DNA from: Anaeromyxobacter sp. | Lineage (GTDB): Bacteria > Myxococcota > Myxococcia > Myxococcales > Anaeromyxobacteraceae | Length of the DNA stretch: 64,000 bases | NCBI GenBank assembly: GCA_049840735.1 | Contig: JASGJN010000017.1 | Location: forward strand, 567,291-631,290 | Reading direction: 5' to 3' | In this document: positions 9,347 through 17,619 of the stretch, piece after piece | Position numbering within the stretch: position 1 is the first letter of the stretch | Layout: every line of letters starts with the position of its first letter | The notes under the pieces: generated by a model | Database searches by the model: none | The model's input: the letters and a program-made list of their open reading frames with translations, nothing else | What the model was told of the DNA's origin: nothing | Made by a program: the position numbers and the translations under genes

Positions 9347-9859
9347 ATGAACATCACCCCCCTCGACATCACCCAGAAGCATTTCCCGAAGACCTTCCGC
9401 GGCTTGGATCCGGAGGAGGTCGAGGCCTTCCTGTCGCTGGTGGCGGTGGAGTTCGAGGCCCTGGTCAAGGACAACCAGGCCCTGCGCGACGACAACCAGC
9501 GCAAGGCCGAGGAGATCGTCGAGTACCGGGGGCGCGAGCGCGCGCTGCAGGAGACGCTGGTGGCCGCCCAGAAGGCGTCGGAGGAGATCCGCGACTCCGC
9601 CCGCAAGGAGGCGGAGATCACCATCTCCGACGCCGAGCTGCAGGCGGAGAAGATCGTCCAGGGCGCCCACTCCCGCTTCCTGCGGATCGTGGACGACATC
9701 AACGAGCTGAAGCGCCAGCGCGTGCAGTTCGAGGCCAGCGTCCGCACCCTGGTGGAGAGCCACCTCAAGCTGATCGAGGCGTTCCGCGAGCCCGCGCGCG
9801 AGGAGGCCGTGCAGTACGTGCCCGGCGCGCGCAAGAAGCTGGGCGGCGCGGAGGAGTAG
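9347..9859 (+). CDS. divIVA: DivIVA domain protein
   Basis: ITPLDI...FRGLDPEEVEAFL N-terminus followed by coiled coil. Confidence 0.92.
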   Translation: MNITPLDITQKHFPKTFRGLDPEEVEAFLSLVAVEFEALVKDNQALRDDNQRKAEEIVEYRGRERALQETLVAAQKASEEIRDSARKEAEITISDAELQAEKIVQGAHSRFLRIVDDINELKRQRVQFEASVRTLVESHLKLIEAFREPAREEAVQYVPGARKKLGGAEE

Positions 9860-9915
9860 CGGCGCCGCGGTTCACTCGAGGGGACGCCCGCCTCGGCGAG
9901 CGCCCCCTGATCCCG

Positions 9916-9962
9916 GTCATCCTGAGCGTAGCGCCCGCGGAGCGGGCGCGGAGTCGAAGGAC
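9916..9962 (+). repeat. Single GTAG-type REP-like palindrome, same family as 1114-1374
   Basis: CCTGAGCGTAG-CGCCCGC-GGA-GCGGGCG-CGGAGTCGAAGG. Confidence 0.8.
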
Positions 9963-9999
9963 GACCGGGGGCCCGCACCTCAAGGCCAGGTGGTCGCGC

Positions 10000-10923
10000 T
10001 CAGAACGTGTTGGGCGGCGAGAGGGCCACCCGATCGCCGTCCGAGCCGTTCCAGGACAGCGAGGCCTCGTCGTCCAGGCTCGGGTCGAACCGGCAGGGCG
10101 CGTCCGGCGGCTCCACCACCACCTGGCCGTTCGCGACCGCCGGGTGGAAGTAGGCGATGGCGGCCACCTGGCCGTCGGCGTCGATGTCGGACTCGGCGCA
10201 GATCGAGAACGCCTCGTGCTCCCCGTCCTCGGACGTCTGCGTGGCCACCGTGTAGACCCCGTAGGTCGGGCCGAAGACGCGCCAGTCCACCTGCTCCGCC
10301 GCCGCCTGGTCCTCCTCGGAGAGCGCGACGCGCTCGCTGCCCGGCTCGGCCTCCGCCGGGACGGCCAGCTCGACCGTGCCCTGGCCCGCCTCGAGCCGCG
10401 CCAGCTCCGCCTGGTACAGGCCCTGCGCCTCCGTCGTGACCTGCGAGTACTTCGAGCGCAGCTGGTAGCGGATGAAGTTCGGGATGGCGATGGCCGCCAG
10501 GATGCCCAGGATGACGACGAAGAAGAAGGGCGCGATGCAGAGCACCACCACCATGCCGGTGTTGGCCGCCCCCGGGTACTTCCGCTGGAACTCCTCCTCG
10601 CTCATCACCAGCAGCAGGATGAACTCGATGAAGGCGACGATCCCCGGGATCATCGTCCAGAAGAAGAGCATGTAGACGATGCCCCAGCCCCAGCGCCCCA
10701 GGTAGAACTTGTGGGCGCCGAAGCCGCCCAGGAAGAAGGCCAGCAGCGCCGCGACCACCTTGCTCCGCCCGCCCTGCGGCTGCGCCGCGTAGGGCGCCCC
10801 GCCAGCGAAGGAGAGCTGCTGCGCGCCGCAGCGGTCGCAGAAGCCGGCCTGGGCCGGCAGCACGTTCTGGCACTTCATGCACAGCTTCTGGTTCACACCC
10901 AGCTGCGTGACCGGCTCGTTCAT
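10000..10923 (-). CDS. Zinc-ribbon + TM2 (NINE) + type IV pilin-like domain fusion protein
   Basis: CMKC..CDRC; SKVVAALLAFFLGGFGAHKFYLG (TM2); ILGILAAIAIPNFIRYQLRSK (pilin helix). Confidence 0.85.
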   Translation of the reverse strand: MNEPVTQLGVNQKLCMKCQNVLPAQAGFCDRCGAQQLSFAGGAPYAAQPQGGRSKVVAALLAFFLGGFGAHKFYLGRWGWGIVYMLFFWTMIPGIVAFIEFILLLVMSEEEFQRKYPGAANTGMVVVLCIAPFFFVVILGILAAIAIPNFIRYQLRSKYSQVTTEAQGLYQAELARLEAGQGTVELAVPAEAEPGSERVALSEEDQAAAEQVDWRVFGPTYGVYTVATQTSEDGEHEAFSICAESDIDADGQVAAIAYFHPAVANGQVVVEPPDAPCRFDPSLDDEASLSWNGSDGDRVALSPPNTF

Positions 10924-11095
10924 CGAAGGCTCCCGATCGCCCCGCGGCGATCCCCCGGGTTGAGGCCGGCAGGCTACTTGATCCAGGCGCTGACCCAGCG
11001 GCCATTTCGCTTCCCGGTGCGTGCATGTGCGAGGACCGCGGCGGACTGTCGCTGGTGACGGGCGCGAGCAGCGGGGACGCCCGGCCACGGGCCGC

Positions 11096-11124
11096 ACTTG
11101 ATTCGGGCGGATATGGTCACGGCG
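11096..11124 (+). repeat. 29-bp repeated site, copy 1
   Basis: ACTTGATTCGGGCGGATATGGTCACGGCG; exact inverted match to 13935-13963. Confidence 0.95.
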
Positions 11125-11209
11125 GGTGGCAGGACCTTCGAGCCCGCGCCGGACCGCATCCCTCCCCCTGGACCTTGACCCGGAGCCTCGCGCCCGTGAG
11201 ATTCCGGCC

Positions 11210-12121
11210 GTGCGCCACTCGCCTTGCGCCTCGATCTTCGCGCTCCTCATCGCGCTCCCCGCCGCGGGGGCCTCGCCGCCTCCAGCTGCACCGCCCGCAG
11301 CAGCGGCCCTGGCCGCGCTCGAGGCGCGAGCACATGGCCGGCTCGGCGTCGCTGCGCTGGACACCGGCTCCGGGCGCCGGATCGACCACCGCGGGACAGA
11401 GCCCTTTCCCATGTGCAGCACCTTCAAGGTGCTCCTCTGCGCTCGAGTCCTCCAGCGCGTCGACCACGGCGAGGAGCGGCTCGACAGGCCCATCACCTTC
11501 ACCGAGGCCGACCTCCCGGAGTACGCGCCCGTGGTGCGCGCCCACCTCGACGCCGGTGGGCTGTCCGTCGGCGCCCTCTGCGCAGCCACCGTCGAGGTCA
11601 GCGACAACGCCGCCGCGAACCTCCTCTTGAAGTCCATCGGCGGACCCGCGGCCGTGACCGCCTTCGCGCGCTCGCTCGGCGACGAGCGGACCCGCCTCGA
11701 CCGCGTCGAGCCTGACCTCAACTCCGCCCTGCCGGGCGACCCGCGCGACACCACCACGCCGGACGCCATGCTCGAGGACCTTCGCCTGCTGCTCCTGGGT
11801 GGTGGGCTCCCCTCCAGCTCAGCCCGCCAGCTCGAGGCCTGGATGGCCGGCGCCACCACCGGTGCCGGCCGCCTCCGGGCCGGCGTCCCAGCAAGCTGGA
11901 CGGTCGCGCACAAGACCGGGACCGGCGAGCGCGGGACGACGAACGACGTCGCGCTCCTTCGCGCTCCCGGGCGAGCGCCCATCCTGGTGGCCGCCTACCT
12001 CACGGGTTCCGATCTCCCCGCGGCCGAGCGCGAAGCGGTCCTCGCCGAGGCCGCGCGCATCGTCGTGGGGGCGTTCCCTCCAGCTCCGCCACACACCGAG
12101 GATCGAGCACGGGGCCGATAG
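11210..12121 (+). CDS. bla: Class A serine beta-lactamase
   Basis: Signal-peptide-like N-terminus; FPMCSTFK (SxxK), SDN, EPDLN (E166/N170 omega loop), DPRDTTTP, KTG; start chosen at GTG 11210. Confidence 0.95.
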   Translation: MRHSPCASIFALLIALPAAGASPPPAAPPAAAALAALEARAHGRLGVAALDTGSGRRIDHRGTEPFPMCSTFKVLLCARVLQRVDHGEERLDRPITFTEADLPEYAPVVRAHLDAGGLSVGALCAATVEVSDNAAANLLLKSIGGPAAVTAFARSLGDERTRLDRVEPDLNSALPGDPRDTTTPDAMLEDLRLLLLGGGLPSSSARQLEAWMAGATTGAGRLRAGVPASWTVAHKTGTGERGTTNDVALLRAPGRAPILVAAYLTGSDLPAAEREAVLAEAARIVVGAFPPAPPHTEDRARGR

Positions 12122-12339
12122 CGAGCCGTATCGGGAATTCCGTCTGACGCGCTGGTACCTGCGCTCACCCTTCCTGCGGCTTCACCACGAACCTACGCCG
12201 GTGGATCCGCTGGACGCTCCCGGAGTCCAGCCCGACGACCAGCTTCACCCGGGGGACTTCCACGACCAGATCGATGGCGATCTGTCCCGCTTCCTGCGCC
12301 GTCGGTGAAGCCTCCCTTAGCTGAAGCCTGGGCTGCCTC

Positions 12340-12368
12340 ACTTGATTCGGGCGGATATGGTCAGGGCG
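12340..12368 (+). repeat. 29-bp repeated site, copy 2
   Basis: ACTTGATTCGGGCGGATATGGTCAGGGCG, 28/29 identical to copy 1. Confidence 0.95.
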
Positions 12369-12490
12369 CTGAGGCGAGGGTCGCTCGCCTCCGCCAAGGA
12401 GGCTCTCGGTGTGGGCGCGGGTGACGCTCCCGTGCGCCCGCGCCGCCTCGCGCAGCCGATGTGGCGCCGCGTTCGTGGTCTCATCGCGTC

Positions 12491-12931
12491 ATGGCGACAC
12501 CGGATTGGAAGAGGTTGATATCGTCGCTCGAAGCGGAGGCGGCGTTCCATCCGGCCGCGGCCGCCGAGCAGGTCCGGCAGACAGAAGCCGCGCTGGGCGT
12601 CGCCCTCACGGTCGAACTGCGGTCGCTCGTGCAGCAGAGCGATGGCGTGACCGGCGCATCCGGGGCTGGGCTCGTATGGCCGGTCCAGCCGATCCGTAAG
12701 CAGAACCGGCACTTCCGGACCTTGGCCGACCTCCGCAAGATCTACATGCCGTTTGACCCGCTGCTTCGCGGACGCCGGCAACGGCGACCAGTTCGCATTC
12801 AGGATCTGCGGCGACCAGGTCGCAGGGAACGACGTCTTCGTGTGGGAGCACGAGACCGCCAGCAGGACCTGGTAGCGCCAAGCCTCGAGCGCTACCTCGA
12901 GTGGATCCTGAGCGGGAAGATCCAGACCTGA
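12491..12931 (+). CDS. SMI1/KNR4 (SUKH) family protein with two compensating frameshifts
   Basis: PAAAAEQVRQTEAALGVALTVELR N-terminus; FADAGNGDQFAF...VFVWEHE in a shifted frame (about 12766-12872); VAPSLERYLEW C-terminus. Confidence 0.8.
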   Translation: MATPDWKRLISSLEAEAAFHPAAAAEQVRQTEAALGVALTVELRSLVQQSDGVTGASGAGLVWPVQPIRKQNRHFRTLADLRKIYMPFDPLLRGRRQRRPVRIQDLRRPGRRERRLRVGARDRQQDLVAPSLERYLEWILSGKIQT

Positions 12932-13222
12932 GCCCGGCGCGGCCCTTCCGGGCGCCGACCACCGCATGGCCAGCCGACGCTCGTCCCGTGCGCCTGAGAA
13001 GGCGGACTTTCCACGAAGCGTGTCGTCACTCCGCGTGATCTACTCCACAAGACTCGGGACTTGACCGCGGCGGCGAAGCCCGACTCACCCACCGCCGTCA
13101 GCCGGGCCCCGAGCAGCGCCTGACCCGATGCCGTGACCCCGCGCTTCGGCTACGACCGCCATCGCGAGCTCAGGGACTTCCGGCGCGACGACGCCCCAGG
13201 CCAGGTCAGCCTCAGCAAGGCA

Positions 13223-13861
13223 TCACCCCTTACCCTGAACGCGCTTGGCTCGGCCCATCAGCCACGTCCTCGGCTCCGCGGTCACCGCAACAGGCCAGAG
13301 TCCGAGCTGTCCCACCCGCGGCTCCCGGACCGCCGCGGAAGAGTATGGGTCCACGAACGCCGCGCTCACCTGCTCCCCTCGCCGGGAAGCATGGCTCGCG
13401 AAGTTCCCGCGCACGTACCTGAGCGCGTTCCGAGCCTCGGCCTGCGTCCGCAGCGGGTGCGCGTGGTAGCGCCCCTCGAACACCGGGCCGCGCAGCCCCA
13501 TCATCCGGTTGAGCCGGTGGGTGAGCTTGATGGTCAAGGATCGCATCCCTCGAGCCAGGCCCGCGTTTCCCTCTGCCTCGACCAGCAGGTGCACATGGTT
13601 GCCCTGCACGGCGTACTCGACGACCTGCAGCTCCGCCTTCGCGCGCTGTTCCTCGAGCACCCTGTGCACGACACGGAAGCACCGCTCGCTGCGGAGATTC
13701 CAGACGTGCTCGCGGACGCGCAACGTTACGTGCACCGGTTCCGACCGGTAGACGACCTCGCGAAGACGGTGTGCGACCGGACGGCGGCCGGGCGCCGCCT
13801 TCCGGCCGGCGCCAGCCCGCGCGCCGCCCCAGGGTTTGAACGTGAAGGTCTGCTGCGACAT
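13223..13861 (-). CDS. Y1/HUH tyrosine transposase (IS200/RAYT-like)
   Basis: PVHVTLR, QGNHVHLLVE (HUH), VFEGRYHAHPL, ALRYVRGN (catalytic Tyr), DPYSS. Confidence 0.9.
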   Translation of the reverse strand: MSQQTFTFKPWGGARAGAGRKAAPGRRPVAHRLREVVYRSEPVHVTLRVREHVWNLRSERCFRVVHRVLEEQRAKAELQVVEYAVQGNHVHLLVEAEGNAGLARGMRSLTIKLTHRLNRMMGLRGPVFEGRYHAHPLRTQAEARNALRYVRGNFASHASRRGEQVSAAFVDPYSSAAVREPRVGQLGLWPVAVTAEPRTWLMGRAKRVQGKG

Positions 13862-13934
13862 GGACGAACAGTACGATAGCGCTCTGACACCCAGCGTGCA
13901 CAGGCGCGGCATCGACTCACGCGTGGACGCTTCG

Positions 13935-13963
13935 CGCCGTGACCATATCCGCCCGAATCAAGT
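13935..13963 (-). repeat. 29-bp repeated site, copy 3 (inverted)
   Basis: CGCCGTGACCATATCCGCCCGAATCAAGT is the reverse complement of copy 1. Confidence 0.95.
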
Positions 13964-14157
13964 TCGGGCCACGGGCCCTCGCGCCATGCAGCCTACTCTC
14001 TCACCTCCGCCACGCCCCCACCCGCCGCCGGCGGCGCCCAGGGGTGTCCTGTTTATCTCCTCCACCTCATGGGGCGTACCCGTGCTCGACGCGGTCCAGC
14101 GAGACGTTGAGGTGCACTGCCCTGTCATGCGCTTCGCCTCCTTCCGCCGGCGTCACG

Positions 14158-14186
14158 CGCCGTTGCCATTTCCGCCCAATTCAAGC
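14158..14186 (-). repeat. Degenerate 29-bp repeated site, copy 4
   Basis: CGCCGTTGCCATTTCCGCCCAATTCAAGC, 23/29 identical to copy 3, 24 nt past the polA stop. Confidence 0.75.
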
Positions 14187-14210
14187 TGAGGCCCGGGCTC
14201 CGCCGCCCCC

Positions 14211-16911
14211 TCAGTGCGCCTCCGCCCAGCTCCGCCCCTGCCCCACCTCCACGTCCAGCGGGACCTTGAGCTGCGCGGCGGCCGACATCTCTCGGGCGAC
14301 CAGCGCGCTGGCGGCCTCCACGGCGCCCTCGGCCACCTCCAGCACCAGCTCGTCGTGGACCTGGAGCAGCAGGAGCGCGTCCAGCTGCTCGCGCTGCAGC
14401 GCCTCCTGCACGCGCAGCATGGCCAGCTTCACGATGTCGGCGGCGGTGCCCTGGATGGGCGTGTTGATGGCGGTGCGCTCGGCGGCCATGCGCAGCGCGG
14501 GGTTGCGCGAGGTGATCTCGGGCATGGCCCGCACGCGGCCGTAGAGCGTTCGGCTCTCGCCGGTGCGCTTGGCGTCGGCGACGGCCTGGTCGATGTAGGC
14601 GCGCACGCCGGCGTAGCGGGCGAAGTACCGGTCGATGATCTTCTGCGCCTCGCCGGCCGGCAGCTCCAGCCGCTGCGAGAGGCCGAACGCGGAGAGGCCG
14701 TAGGCGATGCCGAAGTTGAGCATCTTGGCCACCCGGCGCATGTCCGGGGTGACGCCGTCCGGCGCCACGCCGAAGGTCTCGGCGGCGGTGCGGGTGTGCA
14801 CGTCCTCGCGGTTGCGGAAGGCCTCCAGCAGCGCCGGGTCGTCCGAGTAGTGGGCCAGGATGCGCAGCTCGATCTGCGAGTAGTCGGCGGAGACCAGCCG
14901 CCGCCCGGGCGGCGCCACGAAGGCGGCCCGGATACGCCGCGACAGCTCGGTGCGGACGGGGATGTTCTGGAGGTTGGGGTCGGTGGACGAGAGCCGCCCG
15001 GTGGCGGCGCCGGCCTGGTGGAAGGTGGTGTGGAGGCGGCCGTCCTGCGGATCGACCAGCTGCGGGAGCGCGTCCACGTACGTGCCCTTGAGCTTCGCGA
15101 GGCCGCGGTGCTCCAGCACCAGCGCGGGCAGCGCGTGCTGCTCGGCCAGCTTCTCCAGCACCTCCTGGTCGGTGGAGGGGCCGGTCTTGAGCCGCTTCAC
15201 CACCGGCAACCCCAGCTCCTCGAACAGCACCTGCGCCAGCTCGCGGGTGGAGGCGATGTTGAAGGGGCGGCCGGCGGCGGCGTGGATGCGCGCCTCCAGG
15301 TCCACCATGGCCTTGCCGAACTCGGCGCTCATGTCCGCCATGGCCCCGCGGTCCACGGCGATGCCGGTCCGCTCCATCACGAACAGCACCGGCACCAGCG
15401 GCCGCTCCACCTCGCGGTAGAGCGGCGTGAGCCGCTCCTCCTCCAGCGCTGCCACCAGCGCCTTGGCCAGATCGGGCAGCGCGGCGGCCGCCGCCCCGCA
15501 CCACTCCGCCACCCGCTCGACCTCGATCCCCTCCAGGTCCACCCGCTCCGAGCGGCGGGCCCCGTCGCCGCCGCTGGGGTCGCGCGGCAGCTCGCAGGCG
15601 ATCCGCTCCCGCGCCACGTCGGCCAGCGCGTGCTCGCGCCGGGTGGGCAGGAGCAGCCGGCTGGCCAGCTCGGTGTCCACCCCCGGCCCGCGCCAGCGGA
15701 GCCCCAGCGCCGCGGCGGCGTGGTGCGCCGCCTTGAGCTCGTGGGCGTGCTTCTCCACCTCGCCCTCCAGCAGCGGCCGCAGCGCCTCGCGGACGCCGTC
15801 GCGCGGCAGCGCGGGGGGCGCGCCCAGGTAGCGGTGGCCGATGGGCAGGTAGAAGGCCCGCCCGCCGCCGGCCAGCCCCAGCCCGACCACCGGGGCGGCC
15901 CGCGGCGGCCCCTCGCCCAGCACCGGGCGAACCCCCACCGCCCCGGCCTGCAGCAGGTGCGCGACCGCCGCCTCCAGGCTGGCCAGGTCGCGCAGCAGCT
16001 CCGGCTTCTCGGCGCGCGCGGTGGGTGGCGGCGCCGGCAGGTCCTTGAGCAGCCGGGAGAACTCCAGCTCGGAGAAGAGCGCCCGGGCGCGGGCGTCGTC
16101 GGGCGGCTGGCGCTCGAAGCTCTCAGGCTGGAACGGCAGCGCCAGGTCACAGCGGAGCGACACCAGCTGGCGGTTGAGGCGGATCCGCTCCGCGGCGCCG
16201 GTGATCTTCTCGCGCAGCTTCTCGCCGCCGCGCGAGAACCGCCTGGGGGATCTCCTCCGGGCGGCGCAGCAGCTCCTCGACCGTGCCGAAGTGCTTGATG
16301 AGCGCGGTGGCGGTCACCTCGCCCACGCCCGGGATGCCCGGCACGTCGTCGATCTTGTCGCCCAGGATGGCCATGTACTCGACCACCTGGTCCGGGCGGA
16401 TGCCCAGCTTCTTCTCCACCTCGGCCGGCCCGGTCCACCCGCCCCGCCCGCTGGCCTCGGCCATCGGGTCGTAGAGCGTCACCTGCCCGTCCACCAGCTG
16501 GGCGAAGTCCTTGTCGCCGGTGACCACCACCACCTGCCAGCCGTGCTCACGGGCGCGGCAGGCCAGCGTGCCGATCACGTCGTCGGCCTCGACGTGGGCC
16601 TCCTCGATGAGCGGCACCCGCAGGGCCCGCGCCACGTCGCGCACCAGCGGAAACTGCGCCTTGAGGTCGTCGGGGGTCTCCGGCCGGCTCGACTTGTAGC
16701 CGGGGTCGAGGTCGTGGCGGAAGGTGGTGCGGGCCGCGTCCAGCACCAGCGCCACGTGCGTGGGCGCCCGCTCCCGCAGCGCCTTGAGCAGCATGGTCGT
16801 GAAGCCGTAGACCGCGTTGGTCGGCTGGCCCTTCGTGGTGGTGAGCGGCGGGAGCGCGTGGAACGCCCGGTAGACGAACCCGGAACCGTCGATCAGGGTC
16901 AGCGTCGGCAT
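14211..16911 (-). CDS. polA: DNA polymerase I (frameshift near 16238, probable sequencing error)
   Basis: 5'-3' exonuclease LIDGS..YRAFHALP, EADD, GDKD; polymerase TGRLSSTDPNLQNIP, ADYSQIELR, QVHDELV. Confidence 0.97.
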
Positions 16912-16975
16912 GGCCCGCACGATAGCCGCGCGGGCGCCTGCGGGCACCGCGAAAAGTTGGGCTCCCGGTTGGCGC

Positions 16976-17559
16976 TCAGGCCGGCCCGATCCTGCAGCGC
17001 AGCCGCTCGGCGCAGATGAAGAACTCGTCCCCGTCCTGGACCGGGTGGCGCTGGATGCGCGCGCGCTGGTGCCAGGTGCCGTTGGCCGAGCCCAGGTCCT
17101 CGAAGAACCAGGCGTCCCCCTCGTGCACCACCGCGGCGTGCTCGCGCGAGACCTTGGTGCTCTCCACCACCAGGTCGCAGTGGCGGCCCCGCCCGATCAG
17201 GAAGCGGTCGCGGGTGACCGGGAGCTCGGTGCCGTCGTCGCGGATCAGCACCAGCGCACGGGGCGCGCCCGGCGGCACCGCCAGCGGGGGCGGCAGCCGC
17301 GGCGGCTCGGTGTCGCGCTCGTGGATGGCCTGCTCCAGGCGCGCTGCCGTCTCGAGCACCTTCTGGGCGGCGGCCCGGCGCTCCGGGGGCTCCTTGCGCG
17401 GGCCGGCGCCCGGCGCGGGGGCAGGTAACCGTGCAGGCGGGCCAGGCCATGCAGCGCCTGGTTCACCAGGGCCTCGCGATCAGTCCCCATCTCCTCGGCC
17501 ATGCGGCCCAGGAGCTCCCAGAGGTGATCGGCGATCACGACGGTGCGGGCGGTCTTCAC
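16976..17559 (-). CDS. FHA domain protein with short N-terminal RHH-like segment (frameshift near 17420)
   Basis: FLIGRGRHCD..VSREHA..EDLGSANGTW FHA motifs; N-terminus from the overlapping ORF. Confidence 0.8.
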
Positions 17560-17619
17560 CCGCAGCACGGTAGCAGAGCCGTCCGGGGCGCACCACGTCC
17601 GGCGCGCCGGCCGGCCAGG

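Noticed and set aside
10976..10989. Partial matches to the 29-bp site (ACTTGATCCAGGCG here; also 13059-13073 and 28662-28672)
   Set aside because: Only half-site similarity; could be chance or, at 28662, part of a -10 promoter region.
11094..11121. 29-bp site as a XerCD dif/pdif site
   Set aside because: ATATGGTCACG matches the XerD arm TTATGTTAAAT at only 6/11, the other arm is poor and dyad symmetry is lacking. Not excluded, but unsupported.
13958..14128. Short SD-led minus-strand ORF between site copies 4 and 3 (MTGQCTSTS...)
   Set aside because: No recognisable motif and atypical composition; cannot be supported as a gene.
9960..14210. Classical integron
   Set aside because: No tyrosine integrase, no recognisable attC palindromes, and cargo genes lie in both orientations.
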